From Paenibacillus agilis (GTDB lineage Bacteria; Bacillota; Bacilli; Paenibacillales; Paenibacillaceae), in assembly GCF_007786455.1 (NCBI RefSeq), contig NZ_VNJK01000001.1, positions 1,090,782 through 1,114,781 on the forward strand: a stretch of 24,000 nt of DNA, written 5' to 3'. The notes under the pieces are model-generated. The model was given only the letters and a program-made list of their open reading frames with translations, did no database searches and had not been told where the DNA came from. Position 1 is the first letter of the stretch. Every line of letters starts with the position of its first letter. Shown here piece by piece: positions 15,891 through 23,686 of this stretch. The position numbers and the translations under genes are program-made.

Positions 15891-16577
15891 TTACTTTTTG
15901 GCGTATAGCACAACAAAATTGAAATACTTATACATGCAGTCTACTTCAGAGAAGCCGCTCTTTTTCATCCAATCAAGTTGAGTTTGCAATGGTGACATTT
16001 TATCTAGTTTCATTCTCTCATACGCAGAGTCAAGTTCAGGTCTAGAAAGCCCGCTTACTTCTACTTTTTGCTTCCAATCGTTCTTGTAGAGGGAATTAAC
16101 AAACGGAGTATCGCCAAGTACTTGGTCGGCATTGATAAATACACCATTTGGCTTCAAATTCATGTAAATATTTTTGTACAGTGTCTGTTTATCGGTATCG
16201 GTAAGATGGTGTATCGATAGTCCTGAAATGATAATGTCAAACTTCACGTCAGAAATATAATTCGTATAATCATCTACGCTGTAATTGACGCTCGTATACC
16301 CTTTGAGTCTTAATTTCGCGATTTCTAGCATCTTTTCAGATAAGTCAATGAGGGTCAGGTTGGCTTCAGGATATTTTTGCAGTAAAAATGACGAGAATAA
16401 GCCGGTTCCAGCACCTAGGTCTAATATATTCGGGGAACTTGTAGCAGCACTCGCAAGCGATACGGACACTTTATAAAAGTCGTCAAAGCAGGGGATAAGC
16501 ATTTTTCTTTGCTGATCATACTGTTGAGCAGCTTCATCGAATTGAGACTTCACTTTATGTTGACCATGGCCATTCAT
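15891..16577 (-). CDS. Class I SAM-dependent methyltransferase
   Basis: Motif I is ILDLGAGTGLFSSFL, with later DIIISGLSIHHL and LKPNGVFINAD. The SD sequence GGAGGTG lies upstream. Confidence 0.85.
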   Translation of the reverse strand: MNGHGQHKVKSQFDEAAQQYDQQRKMLIPCFDDFYKVSVSLASAATSSPNILDLGAGTGLFSSFLLQKYPEANLTLIDLSEKMLEIAKLRLKGYTSVNYSVDDYTNYISDVKFDIIISGLSIHHLTDTDKQTLYKNIYMNLKPNGVFINADQVLGDTPFVNSLYKNDWKQKVEVSGLSRPELDSAYERMKLDKMSPLQTQLDWMKKSGFSEVDCMYKYFNFVVLYAKK

Positions 16578-16716
16578 ACGCCCACCTCCAAGTTTCTGTT
16601 ATTAGCATAGACTCTGTAACGATATAAATGAAATATATAGTATCAATGAATTTCATAGGTTTTAGCTATAAAATATAGAACTCTGTTCATATGCTGGACA
16701 TTGGATAAGTATTGTA

Positions 16717-16731
16717 TGATAATGATTATCA
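16717..16731. promoter_or_regulatory. Fur box (perfect 7-1-7 match)
   Basis: TGATAAT-G-ATTATCA matches the Bacillus Fur 7-1-7 consensus TGATAATnATTATCA at every position. It lies ~85-100 nt upstream of the esterase start. Confidence 0.7.
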
Positions 16732-16800
16732 ATTAGAAATAAAGCACCGAGTACATATTTCATTTGTATGTAAAGGTCAAGATTAAAAGATTAACGGACA

Positions 16801-17568
16801 GTGGGGATGGTCTTTATGATAACAGCGAAACATGTAAAGTTCGGAGCGCGTCATTTAACCATTTATTTACCGGATGGCTATGAAGAAAGTACAGAAAGAT
16901 ATCGGGTTATATACATGCAGGACAGTGCGGATTTGATTGATCCGGCGAAAAGTAACTCTTTATCGACTATCCGCACGCTTACTGCTGAGGGAGAACTGCC
17001 CGCATTTCTCTTTGTCGGTATTAAGCCATTCGATCGAAATGATGAATATACCCCGTTTGCTGCAAACCATATATTCGAGTCGGGAGAAAAAACGTTCGGT
17101 GGCCAAGCTGCTCAATATGCTGCATATTTGGTTAATGAGTTGAAGCCTTATATCGACAGCAGATATCGGACACTGCCAGATGGCGAGCATACGGGGATTA
17201 TGGGCTTCTCTTTTGGCGGACTCATTTCGTTGTATACGGCATTGCTCTATCCCGATGTATTTGGCAAAATAGGTAGTTTCTCTGGTTCGTTCTGGTTCCC
17301 AGGCATTGTAGATTGGGTTGATCAGCAGCCTGTACGCAATCATGGACAGCGGATCTTTATGAATGTTGGACATGGTGAAGGCGTAGGGCGAACGAATGGG
17401 CAGCAGTGGATGGTACCTAACAACTTGGCAATCTATGAATTATTGCTGAGCAAAGGTTTCTCGGAGCATACGGCGGAGCAGATCGTTTACGAAAGTGACT
17501 CGCATAACTTCGAGAAAGGTGTTCACTATTTGCCTGAGGCGTTGAAATGGTTGTATGTGACGGCTTAG
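16801..17568 (+). CDS. Alpha/beta-hydrolase esterase of the siderophore (enterochelin/bacillibactin) esterase family
   Basis: PF00756-like features: LTIYLPDGY, YMQDS, and the nucleophile elbow GFSFGG. The start is ambiguous (GTG 16801, ATG 16807 or ATG 16816). A Fur box lies upstream. Confidence 0.75.
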   Translation: MGMVFMITAKHVKFGARHLTIYLPDGYEESTERYRVIYMQDSADLIDPAKSNSLSTIRTLTAEGELPAFLFVGIKPFDRNDEYTPFAANHIFESGEKTFGGQAAQYAAYLVNELKPYIDSRYRTLPDGEHTGIMGFSFGGLISLYTALLYPDVFGKIGSFSGSFWFPGIVDWVDQQPVRNHGQRIFMNVGHGEGVGRTNGQQWMVPNNLAIYELLLSKGFSEHTAEQIVYESDSHNFEKGVHYLPEALKWLYVTA

Positions 17569-17607
17569 CTGTCTACGGAGCTTGGTATTATACGCTATGA
17601 TGCTATG

Positions 17608-17650
17608 AAAGAGCAGTTACTCATTTAAGATGAGTGAGCTGCTCTTTTTT
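17608..17650. terminator. Intrinsic terminator between convergent genes
   Basis: aaagagcagttactcat (17608-17624) pairs with atgagtgagctgctcttt (17630-17647), followed by TTT. Confidence 0.8.
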
Positions 17651-17698
17651 ATACAGTCGAGAATGATCTAAGCAAATGGCAGGGAGCAGGTGGTTGAA

Positions 17699-18703
17699 TC
17701 ATTCAAATGAATCCGGATAACGAGCTAAAAAGGCTATCATTTCATCTGAACTATTCCATTGGAAGACGGAAGTTAGTATAGGATCGTTAAAAAAAGAACG
17801 GATAGCATGCAAATTGAAATCATAATGATACGTTACAAATTGCTCTCGGACTTTGGAGGTATGAAGCGTCTGGAGGTCTGCGGCGAGAGGAAGGGAATCA
17901 TTTATAAATGAGAAGTCAGCCAACGGAAGCACTATACGCTCCTGGTTTCGCTTCGTACTTGCATGAATTTCCAGTTTCTCTATATCGTATACCAGTGTAA
18001 AGATGGTATCCTCACGGCGTGCTTTCTTCAACGTTTCAAAGGCGAAATCTAGTTTGTCGGTTTGGTCGGTATGATGGATATCTTGTAGCAAGTGCGCGGA
18101 AACGGTTGTAAATCGCTCCATGGAATTCTGCTCATAATCGTCGCTCTCAGGCCATTGTCTAACGTTTCTCTCGAATTGTTCCGTTGCGTATTGATAAAGG
18201 GAGTTCGTCAGAACAGGGATGGAGAGAGAATCGTGGAACACCTGCATATTTCCGTGCAAAAATTCAATAATTGCTCGTTCTCCGTTTCTGTCTGCTATGA
18301 AATAGTGAATTTTTGATGTGCTTTGGTCAATACGAAAATTAGCAGCTGCTTGCAGTACTTCTTGAACGGTGCTGCAAGTGTCCAACATATATTGAATCCA
18401 CTGTACTTCGTTAATAGCCGATCTATCGTCTGCCGCTGGATATTCCGTCATCCAAAGGGTCGCTTGCTCCACGACGAGACCGACTTCGTTCATTCCGCCG
18501 CTCGGCAGCTCCTTGCCTGTTTGGGAAATGGTCAAGCTGCCATACTTTGATGTCCATACAGCAGGCAAAGCAGGAGGCATAATAAGTGCCGTTTTGCGAA
18601 TACCTCGTAAATTCGTAAAAATATAAACACCGTCGTATATCATATCTTGATTTTTACCTATTAGATTGCTGCCGTCATGGTTCAAATGAAAGATTGTGCA
18701 CAT
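17699..18703 (-). CDS. Ntn-hydrolase, choloylglycine hydrolase / linear amide C-N hydrolase family
   Basis: The protein starts MCT..., so the catalytic Cys is at position 2, typical of the family. Its size is ~330 aa. The SD sequence GAAGGAGAC sits in the end of the upstream gene, with a 2-nt gap to that gene's stop. Confidence 0.65.
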   Translation of the reverse strand: MCTIFHLNHDGSNLIGKNQDMIYDGVYIFTNLRGIRKTALIMPPALPAVWTSKYGSLTISQTGKELPSGGMNEVGLVVEQATLWMTEYPAADDRSAINEVQWIQYMLDTCSTVQEVLQAAANFRIDQSTSKIHYFIADRNGERAIIEFLHGNMQVFHDSLSIPVLTNSLYQYATEQFERNVRQWPESDDYEQNSMERFTTVSAHLLQDIHHTDQTDKLDFAFETLKKARREDTIFTLVYDIEKLEIHASTKRNQERIVLPLADFSFINDSLPLAADLQTLHTSKVREQFVTYHYDFNLHAIRSFFNDPILTSVFQWNSSDEMIAFLARYPDSFE

Positions 18704-18705
18704 GG

Positions 18706-19200
18706 TCAGTCTCCTTCTTCGCTCGGGTTAATTGCTTGCTGCAGCGCCGACAGATTACCGCTCTGTATTTGATCTAAAAAAGCTTCGCACAGTTGGGTCG
18801 TTTGCACATCGTTTTGTTGGATGACAGCTGTAAATCTATTAATGAGACCTTGTTGTGCTTTTTTGTGCTGCAGTCGGATTAGCTTCTCTTCAAAAGCCTC
18901 GATATCGCTGCCTTCTTCTGCTTGCTGTACGAGCTTGTTAAGAAACAGGATTTGCAGGTCAATTTTTAAATCAGCAGTCAGGTCTTGAAGATAATGCTGT
19001 TCGTCAATAAGCAGAGCAGGCTCAATGTCAAAATAACGGGCGATCGAGTGGAGCCGCTCCCTTGGAATGGGACGTCTCTTTTTGACCCAGTCGGAAAATT
19101 GCTGTGGGGTTAATCCGATTTCTTTACATACTTTTGTGTAAGATATTTCGTGAATAAGGGCTACATACTGCAGCGCTGTTATCGAATGTGCGGGCTCCAT
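18706..19200 (-). CDS. XRE/Cro-type HTH regulator with a long helical C-terminal region
   Basis: HTH region ISYTKVCKEIGLTPQQFSDWVKKRRPIPRERLHSIARYF. The SD sequence AAGGAGG lies upstream. It is co-oriented with, and abuts, the hydrolase gene. Confidence 0.7.
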   Translation of the reverse strand: MEPAHSITALQYVALIHEISYTKVCKEIGLTPQQFSDWVKKRRPIPRERLHSIARYFDIEPALLIDEQHYLQDLTADLKIDLQILFLNKLVQQAEEGSDIEAFEEKLIRLQHKKAQQGLINRFTAVIQQNDVQTTQLCEAFLDQIQSGNLSALQQAINPSEEGD

Positions 19201-19215
19201 TTCTTTTCCTCCTTG

Positions 19216-19234
19216 CTGACATAAACTATGTCAG
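19216..19234. promoter_or_regulatory. Perfect palindrome in the XRE leader (candidate auto-operator)
   Basis: CTGACATA-aac-TATGTCAG has 8-bp arms. It lies between the predicted TSS and the SD sequence of the XRE gene. Confidence 0.5.
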
Positions 19235-19249
19235 TGGGTTTTGTTGTTA

Positions 19250-19277
19250 ATTATATCCATGGCGTATTTTATGTCAA
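19250..19277 (-). promoter_or_regulatory. Sigma-A-type promoter of the XRE-hydrolase operon
   Basis: Minus strand: TTGACA (19277-19272), 16-nt spacer, TATAAT (19255-19250). Confidence 0.6.
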
Positions 19278-19363
19278 TAGACTTCAACGATAATATGCAA
19301 AAAAATTTCTATCCGCACAGGGTAGATGAGTACGAAGAACGATTAATACAATCTAAATATACA

Positions 19364-19394
19364 TTGACGCATATATACACCTTGGTGTATATAT
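19364..19394 (+). promoter_or_regulatory. Promoter plus overlapping perfect 11-bp inverted repeat (candidate ArsR operator)
   Basis: TTGACG (19364-19369), 18-nt spacer, TATATA (19388-19393). The inverted repeat ATATATACACC (19371-19381), tt, GGTGTATATAT (19384-19394) spans the spacer and the -10. Confidence 0.55.
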
Positions 19395-19399
19395 TAAAT

Positions 19400-19735
19400 A
19401 TGAAAACTTTACCAATTCAGATGATGTTATTTACAATCGCAGAGCCCAACCGCTTTAACATTGTAGAGTTGTTAAAAAAAAGACCGCATTCGGTTGGGGA
19501 AATTGTAGAAGAGCTTAATATCGGTCAGCCGCAAGTGTCACGGCATTTACGCATTTTGGGCGAAGCTGGACTGGTAGGTGTGCAGCACAAGGGTCAACAG
19601 CGGATATATAGTCTGGAAGCAGGACCATTTCAAGAGCTGGATGCTTGGTTCGATTCCTTTAGCTTGTTATGGGAAGAGCGTCTTGATCAATTTGAGGACT
19701 ATATGCTCGACATTTACAGAAAGGAGGAGCAGTAA
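19400..19735 (+). CDS. ArsR/SmtB-family transcriptional regulator
   Basis: FTIAEPNRFNIVELLKKRPHSVGEIVEELNIGQPQVSRHLRILGEAGLV is present. The listed 19241 start would add a non-homologous, RBS-less extension that overlaps the promoter. ATG 19400 is preferred, but ATG 19421/19424 are possible. Confidence 0.75.
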   Translation: MKTLPIQMMLFTIAEPNRFNIVELLKKRPHSVGEIVEELNIGQPQVSRHLRILGEAGLVGVQHKGQQRIYSLEAGPFQELDAWFDSFSLLWEERLDQFEDYMLDIYRKEEQ

Positions 19736-19885
19736 CAGTAACGTTTAGCTGCAGGAGCAACAAAAAAGTTATCAATAAATGAGATACTTTTAAGCGCTCG
19801 CTTCATTTTGCGTGCATATTGGATTACTACTCGATGACATACATGATACGAATGCTCTATTCGATTGCCATTGTGGAGGTATGCG

Positions 19886-20392
19886 ATGAACAGGAAGACG
19901 ACCACTATTAAAAATTATGAGCGGCGGGAACTTATCGTGGAGCGGATAGTTGCCATCCCTCGTACGCTTGCTTGGCAAGGCTGGACGAAGCCTGTACATA
20001 TTGTACGTTGGTGGGGACCTCGGAACTGGACTACTACGGTGTATGAAATGGATGTCCGCCCTGGAGGCGTATGGCGCTATCAATTAGCCGCTGATGATGG
20101 AACAAATAAAGTATTATGCCAAGCCGTTTATCGTGAGGTAGTTGAGCCTTCCAAGCTTGTTTATGTAGACTCAATGTCGGATGAGAATTGGAATGTTATG
20201 AACGGTAGTGATATGTTAACGGCGGTTACGTTTAGCGATACGGTACAGGGCACGAAAGTTTCAATTACGACCCATTTTACAAGTGTGGAGCAGCTTGAAG
20301 GAGCTGAGGCGATGGGTATGATTGAAGGCTATACAGATACGTTAGAACGATTGGAAGAGTACTGGCAGCTGCGTGAATCAAACTCGCAATGA
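19886..20392 (+). CDS. SRPBCC (AHSA1/START-like) domain protein
   Basis: RIVAIPRTLAWQGWTKPVHIVRWWGP and MDVRPGGVWRY are typical of this domain, as is pairing with an ArsR gene. ATG 19886 lies 6 nt after GGAGG. Confidence 0.8.
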   Translation: MNRKTTTIKNYERRELIVERIVAIPRTLAWQGWTKPVHIVRWWGPRNWTTTVYEMDVRPGGVWRYQLAADDGTNKVLCQAVYREVVEPSKLVYVDSMSDENWNVMNGSDMLTAVTFSDTVQGTKVSITTHFTSVEQLEGAEAMGMIEGYTDTLERLEEYWQLRESNSQ

Positions 20393-20477
20393 CATGATGG
20401 TTCAGACATAGATACGGAGCGGGAATAAATACATCGAAATGTTACTCATTCACGTAAATATAAGGAGGAATCGTCTT

Positions 20478-20951
20478 ATGACAGATAATCTTATGGAAAC
20501 AGGTGCATATACCGCGCCAACACCAAATCCTGATATGCAATCGTTGAATCGCTTAGTTGGAAGCTGGAAGGTGAGCGGCGGTGTAGAAGGCATCGTCACT
20601 TATAGATGGATGGAAGGCGGATTTTTTCTTATCCAAGATGTTCAGTTGAAGCAGTATGGTCAAGATGTGAAAGGGATTGAGATTATCGGTCACGTACAGT
20701 CGTTTGGCGAGGAGCCGAGCAAGGATATTAAGTCGCGGTACTATGACAGCATGGGCAATACGCTGGACTATGTGTACGAAATAGATGGCGATACGTTGAT
20801 GATTTGGGGCGGTGAAAAGGGATCTCCTGCCTATTTCAAAGGCGAATTCAATACGGATGGCAATGTCAATTCAGGCAGATGGGTGTACCCAGACGGCGGA
20901 GGATATGAGTCTACGATGACGAGAATTGAAACGGGCGCTGGTCCAGAGTAG
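20478..20951 (+). CDS. Small beta-barrel protein (DUF1579/lipocalin-like)
   Basis: LVGSWKVSG...YRWMEGGFFLIQDV...GIEIIG and YDSMGNTLDYVYEIDGDTL are present. ATG 20478 lies 7 nt after AAGGAGGAA. The family assignment is from memory only. Confidence 0.5.
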   Translation: MTDNLMETGAYTAPTPNPDMQSLNRLVGSWKVSGGVEGIVTYRWMEGGFFLIQDVQLKQYGQDVKGIEIIGHVQSFGEEPSKDIKSRYYDSMGNTLDYVYEIDGDTLMIWGGEKGSPAYFKGEFNTDGNVNSGRWVYPDGGGYESTMTRIETGAGPE

Positions 20952-21054
20952 CTCTTGTAGCATTCGTTGTTAAGTTGCAGTGTTTATTGATGTTTGAAGC
21001 ATATAATAAATAAAATTTCGTGGGCGTTAATGCTGAAATAGCCTAATAAATGAT

Positions 21055-21094
21055 GCCACCTACTATGGAAAATATCCACGGCAGGTGGTTTTTC
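21055..21094 (+). terminator. Terminator-like hairpin after the ArsR-SRPBCC-DUF cluster
   Basis: gccacct (21055-21061) pairs with aggtggt (21083-21089), the right arm running into a TTTTT run (21089-21093). The loop is long with an inner tgg/cca helix. Confidence 0.45.
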
Positions 21095-21215
21095 ATTTGT
21101 TCGATCATTCATTTAATCATTTAATCTATAAACGTAATCATCATGCAATTATGTAATCGTTCTACAGCAATTGTCCAACATAGTATTGGTATTCCAATTA
21201 CACTGGATCATGACG

Positions 21216-21242
21216 TGTCACAAAAACCAACCCTTTCTCGTT
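21216..21242 (+). promoter_or_regulatory. ECF41-type sigma-factor-dependent promoter
   Basis: TGTCACA (21216-21222), exactly 16 nt, CGTT (21239-21242). The published ECF41 motif is TGTCACA-n16-CGTC. It lies 34 nt before ATG 21276. Confidence 0.65.
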
Positions 21243-21275
21243 CTATTGTCAAATACGGAAAAGGAGAGGGTTGGA

Positions 21276-22454
21276 ATGAAAGAATTAACTTGTGTTGTTG
21301 TTGGTGGAGGTTTCGCTGGGATTCACGCCATTAAGGCGATACGTAAAGCATTTCAGGAAAAAGAGGTGGATCGGAAGCTTCGACTGATTCTATTGGACCC
21401 ACATCCTTATCATGTACGAAAAGTGTTGCTGTTCCGCCCGGCTGTATCCAATGAGCCGATTACGATTCCATGGAAACAGATTTTACAGGAGGATGCGCAG
21501 TTCGTTCAAGGTGCGCTACAGCATGTGGAGAGCGATAAGAAATGGCTGTTATACAAAGACGAAAAAGGGCAGGATCATCGGATACATTATGATCTGCTTG
21601 TAGTAGCAATTGGTAGTGTCGCGCGCCAGCCGGAACCGGATCAAGGAGGCATCTCGCTAAATGATATTCATACTGCAGGGCGTATGCGGGAGCAGTGGTA
21701 TACCAATATGAAGCTTGCCGCTGCGAAAGGGGAACAAGAACAGGAAAGATTATTAACTGCAGCGGTTGCAGGAGCGGGTATAACCGGCATCGAGACAGCA
21801 GCCGAGCTGGCACACGCGATGCGAAAGGAAGCAGTCAACATGGGTATCGATCCTGCGAAGGTGAAGGTGCACTTATTAAATGCACAGGAGCGTTTATTTA
21901 TGGAAGGGCCTGCTAAGGCTTCGCGTAAATTGGACAGCACATTAGCTGAAATAGGCGTTATCGTTCATCACCGTGAGAAGGCGATACGCGAAGAAGATGG
22001 TCATCTTATTTTGTCCAGCGGTGCCAAGCTGCCTGTTGGTTTAACGATTTGGGCACTTGGTCTTATCGCAAATCCAGCTTTGCGGCACATGACACTGCCT
22101 CTTACGGACGATGGTAAAATTATCGTAGATGAATGCTATCGTGTACCGTCATCACAAGGTATTTATGCCGTTGGTGATTGTGCGCACGTAGTGGATATGG
22201 AGAGCGGTAAGGCGGATCAAATGACGTGTAAAGAGGCCATACCGCAAGCGAAACGTTTAGGGAAAATTATTTGGGCGGATTTAACGGGAGGTCAGGCTCC
22301 ACAGCACAAAGGAGTGCTAGACTCTTTCTCGATCGGTCTTGGACCAGACCGTGGCTTATTATGGACGCATAAATGGGGACTTGATATAATCCTCACAGGT
22401 AAGTTAGCTTATAAAACGAAGAAAACATTATGGGATTATGTCAGTATGGTGTGA
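21276..22454 (+). CDS. FAD-dependent pyridine-nucleotide oxidoreductase (NDH-2-like)
   Basis: Two Rossmann motifs (VVVGGGFAGIHA and AVAGAGITGIETAAEL) and GDCA are present. ATG 21276 follows AAAGGAGAGGG. The listed 21171 start has no RBS. Confidence 0.8.
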   Translation: MKELTCVVVGGGFAGIHAIKAIRKAFQEKEVDRKLRLILLDPHPYHVRKVLLFRPAVSNEPITIPWKQILQEDAQFVQGALQHVESDKKWLLYKDEKGQDHRIHYDLLVVAIGSVARQPEPDQGGISLNDIHTAGRMREQWYTNMKLAAAKGEQEQERLLTAAVAGAGITGIETAAELAHAMRKEAVNMGIDPAKVKVHLLNAQERLFMEGPAKASRKLDSTLAEIGVIVHHREKAIREEDGHLILSSGAKLPVGLTIWALGLIANPALRHMTLPLTDDGKIIVDECYRVPSSQGIYAVGDCAHVVDMESGKADQMTCKEAIPQAKRLGKIIWADLTGGQAPQHKGVLDSFSIGLGPDRGLLWTHKWGLDIILTGKLAYKTKKTLWDYVSMV

Positions 22455-22478
22455 GAACGGTTGATGCTTCATCGAGGT

Positions 22479-22548
22479 GTAAGTTCTAGCTCAAAATTGC
22501 CAAGTACCAAGTATCAAGTGTTAAGTACTAATTTCCAAGTTCTGAGTT
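22479..22548 (+). repeat. Phased heptanucleotide array (AAGT core) upstream of the sigma gene
   Basis: gtaagtt ctagctc aaaattg CCAAGTA CCAAGTA TCAAGTG TTAAGTA ctaattt CCAAGTT CTGAGTT. AAGT/GAGT cores stay in a strict 7-nt phase from 22481 to 22547. Confidence 0.6.
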
Positions 22549-22568
22549 CTCATCAAAGGAGGCAGCCT

Positions 22569-23438
22569 ATGATTGAGCTTTATGAACAATATCGGGGTCT
22601 AATGTTCCGTCTTGCCTATCAATTAACCGGTTCTGCCGCTGATGCAGAAGATGCGGTTCAAGATGTGTTCGTCAAAGTACAAAGCATCGACCCCGATCGA
22701 TTAAAGGAACCGAAAGCTTATTTGTGCAAAATGATTACAAACCGTTGTCTGGATCTGCTTCGCTCAGCGAGAAAGCGCCGCGAGCAGTATGTTGGGCCAT
22801 GGCTGCCGGAGCCGATCCCGACGATGGATGATGATAGCTTTGAGGTGGTCGTTCGCAATGACCTATTGTCTTATGCAATTCTGGCGCTTCTTGAGCGGTT
22901 GTCCGCAGCCGAACGGGCTGTATTCGTCTTAAGGGAAGCGATGGGGTTTGATTATCCTACTATTGCTGGACTAATCGACAAGAGTGAATTAAATTGTCGC
23001 AAGCTTATGAGCCGCGCCAGAGGGAAGATGGGTGTATCCGAAGAGGAGCTGATCGGAAAAGGCTGCATCGGAGAAGAGTGGGTGCAGCAGTTTCTTGCTG
23101 CGCTCTCGCTCGGTAAAGTGGATAAAGTACTTTCCATGCTTGCTGAGGATGCAGTGCTTCTGTCTGACGGTGGAGGTAAAGTAACCGCTGCGATTAACCC
23201 AATCGTGACGAGTGATCGCGTCGCTCGCTTCTTATTAGGGATTCGTCGAAATTGGCCCCAGAACGCAGAAGAGGAAGGCGGCTTTGCCGTGGAGCTGGCG
23301 CCAATTAGCGGACAGACTGGAATTATTATTCGGAGTAATGGAGTTGTTCAATCGGTGTTCTTCTTGGATATGAGACAAGGTAAAGTCCAGCATATTTATA
23401 TTGTTCGAAATCCCGATAAGCTGACACGTATTTCGTAG
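22569..23438 (+). CDS. ECF sigma factor with fused C-terminal NTF2/SnoaL-like domain (ECF41 / SigJ-type)
   Basis: Sigma-2 region: YRGLMFRLAYQLTGSAADAEDAVQDVFVKV. Sigma-4 region: LSAAERAVFVLREAMGFDYPTIAGLI. A YVGPWLPEP linker follows, then a ~100-aa extension. ATG 22569 lies 6 nt after AAAGGAGG. Confidence 0.85.
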   Translation: MIELYEQYRGLMFRLAYQLTGSAADAEDAVQDVFVKVQSIDPDRLKEPKAYLCKMITNRCLDLLRSARKRREQYVGPWLPEPIPTMDDDSFEVVVRNDLLSYAILALLERLSAAERAVFVLREAMGFDYPTIAGLIDKSELNCRKLMSRARGKMGVSEEELIGKGCIGEEWVQQFLAALSLGKVDKVLSMLAEDAVLLSDGGGKVTAAINPIVTSDRVARFLLGIRRNWPQNAEEEGGFAVELAPISGQTGIIIRSNGVVQSVFFLDMRQGKVQHIYIVRNPDKLTRIS

Positions 23439-23464
23439 CAGAATATTTTAAAGCATTGTAAAAA

Positions 23465-23493
23465 ACGCTTGGAACTCTCCAAGTGTTTTTTTG
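23465..23493 (+). terminator. Intrinsic terminator of the sigma gene
   Basis: acgcttgga (23465-23473), loop actc, tccaagtgt (23478-23486), then a T7 run. Confidence 0.75.
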
Positions 23494-23686
23494 TGCTTTT
23501 TTAGCTCTTGTCTCCATAATTTCATTCTGCTGCGCCTTTTTTTAAACTTTCCTTTCCGTCTCCACGATTACCCAAACATATTTGTTCGGGCTAACATCCT
23601 ATGTATTCTAGAGATCGATATATGCAGATGCCTCGAGAGAGTGCGATGTAAAATAGCAATAAGGATGTGAGAGGTTGAACGGTAAA

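Noticed and set aside
19241-19399. Long N-terminal extensions in the ORF track (19241 for ArsR, 20439, 21171, 22461, 11422, 15748, 788)
   Set aside because: The extensions lack an RBS. They run through promoters, terminators or repeat tracts and add non-homologous sequence. Internal starts with good SD spacing were preferred.
22479-22548. CRISPR-like or minisatellite array
   Set aside because: The units are only 7 nt, with no spacers and no nearby cas genes. It is reported as a simple phased repeat instead.
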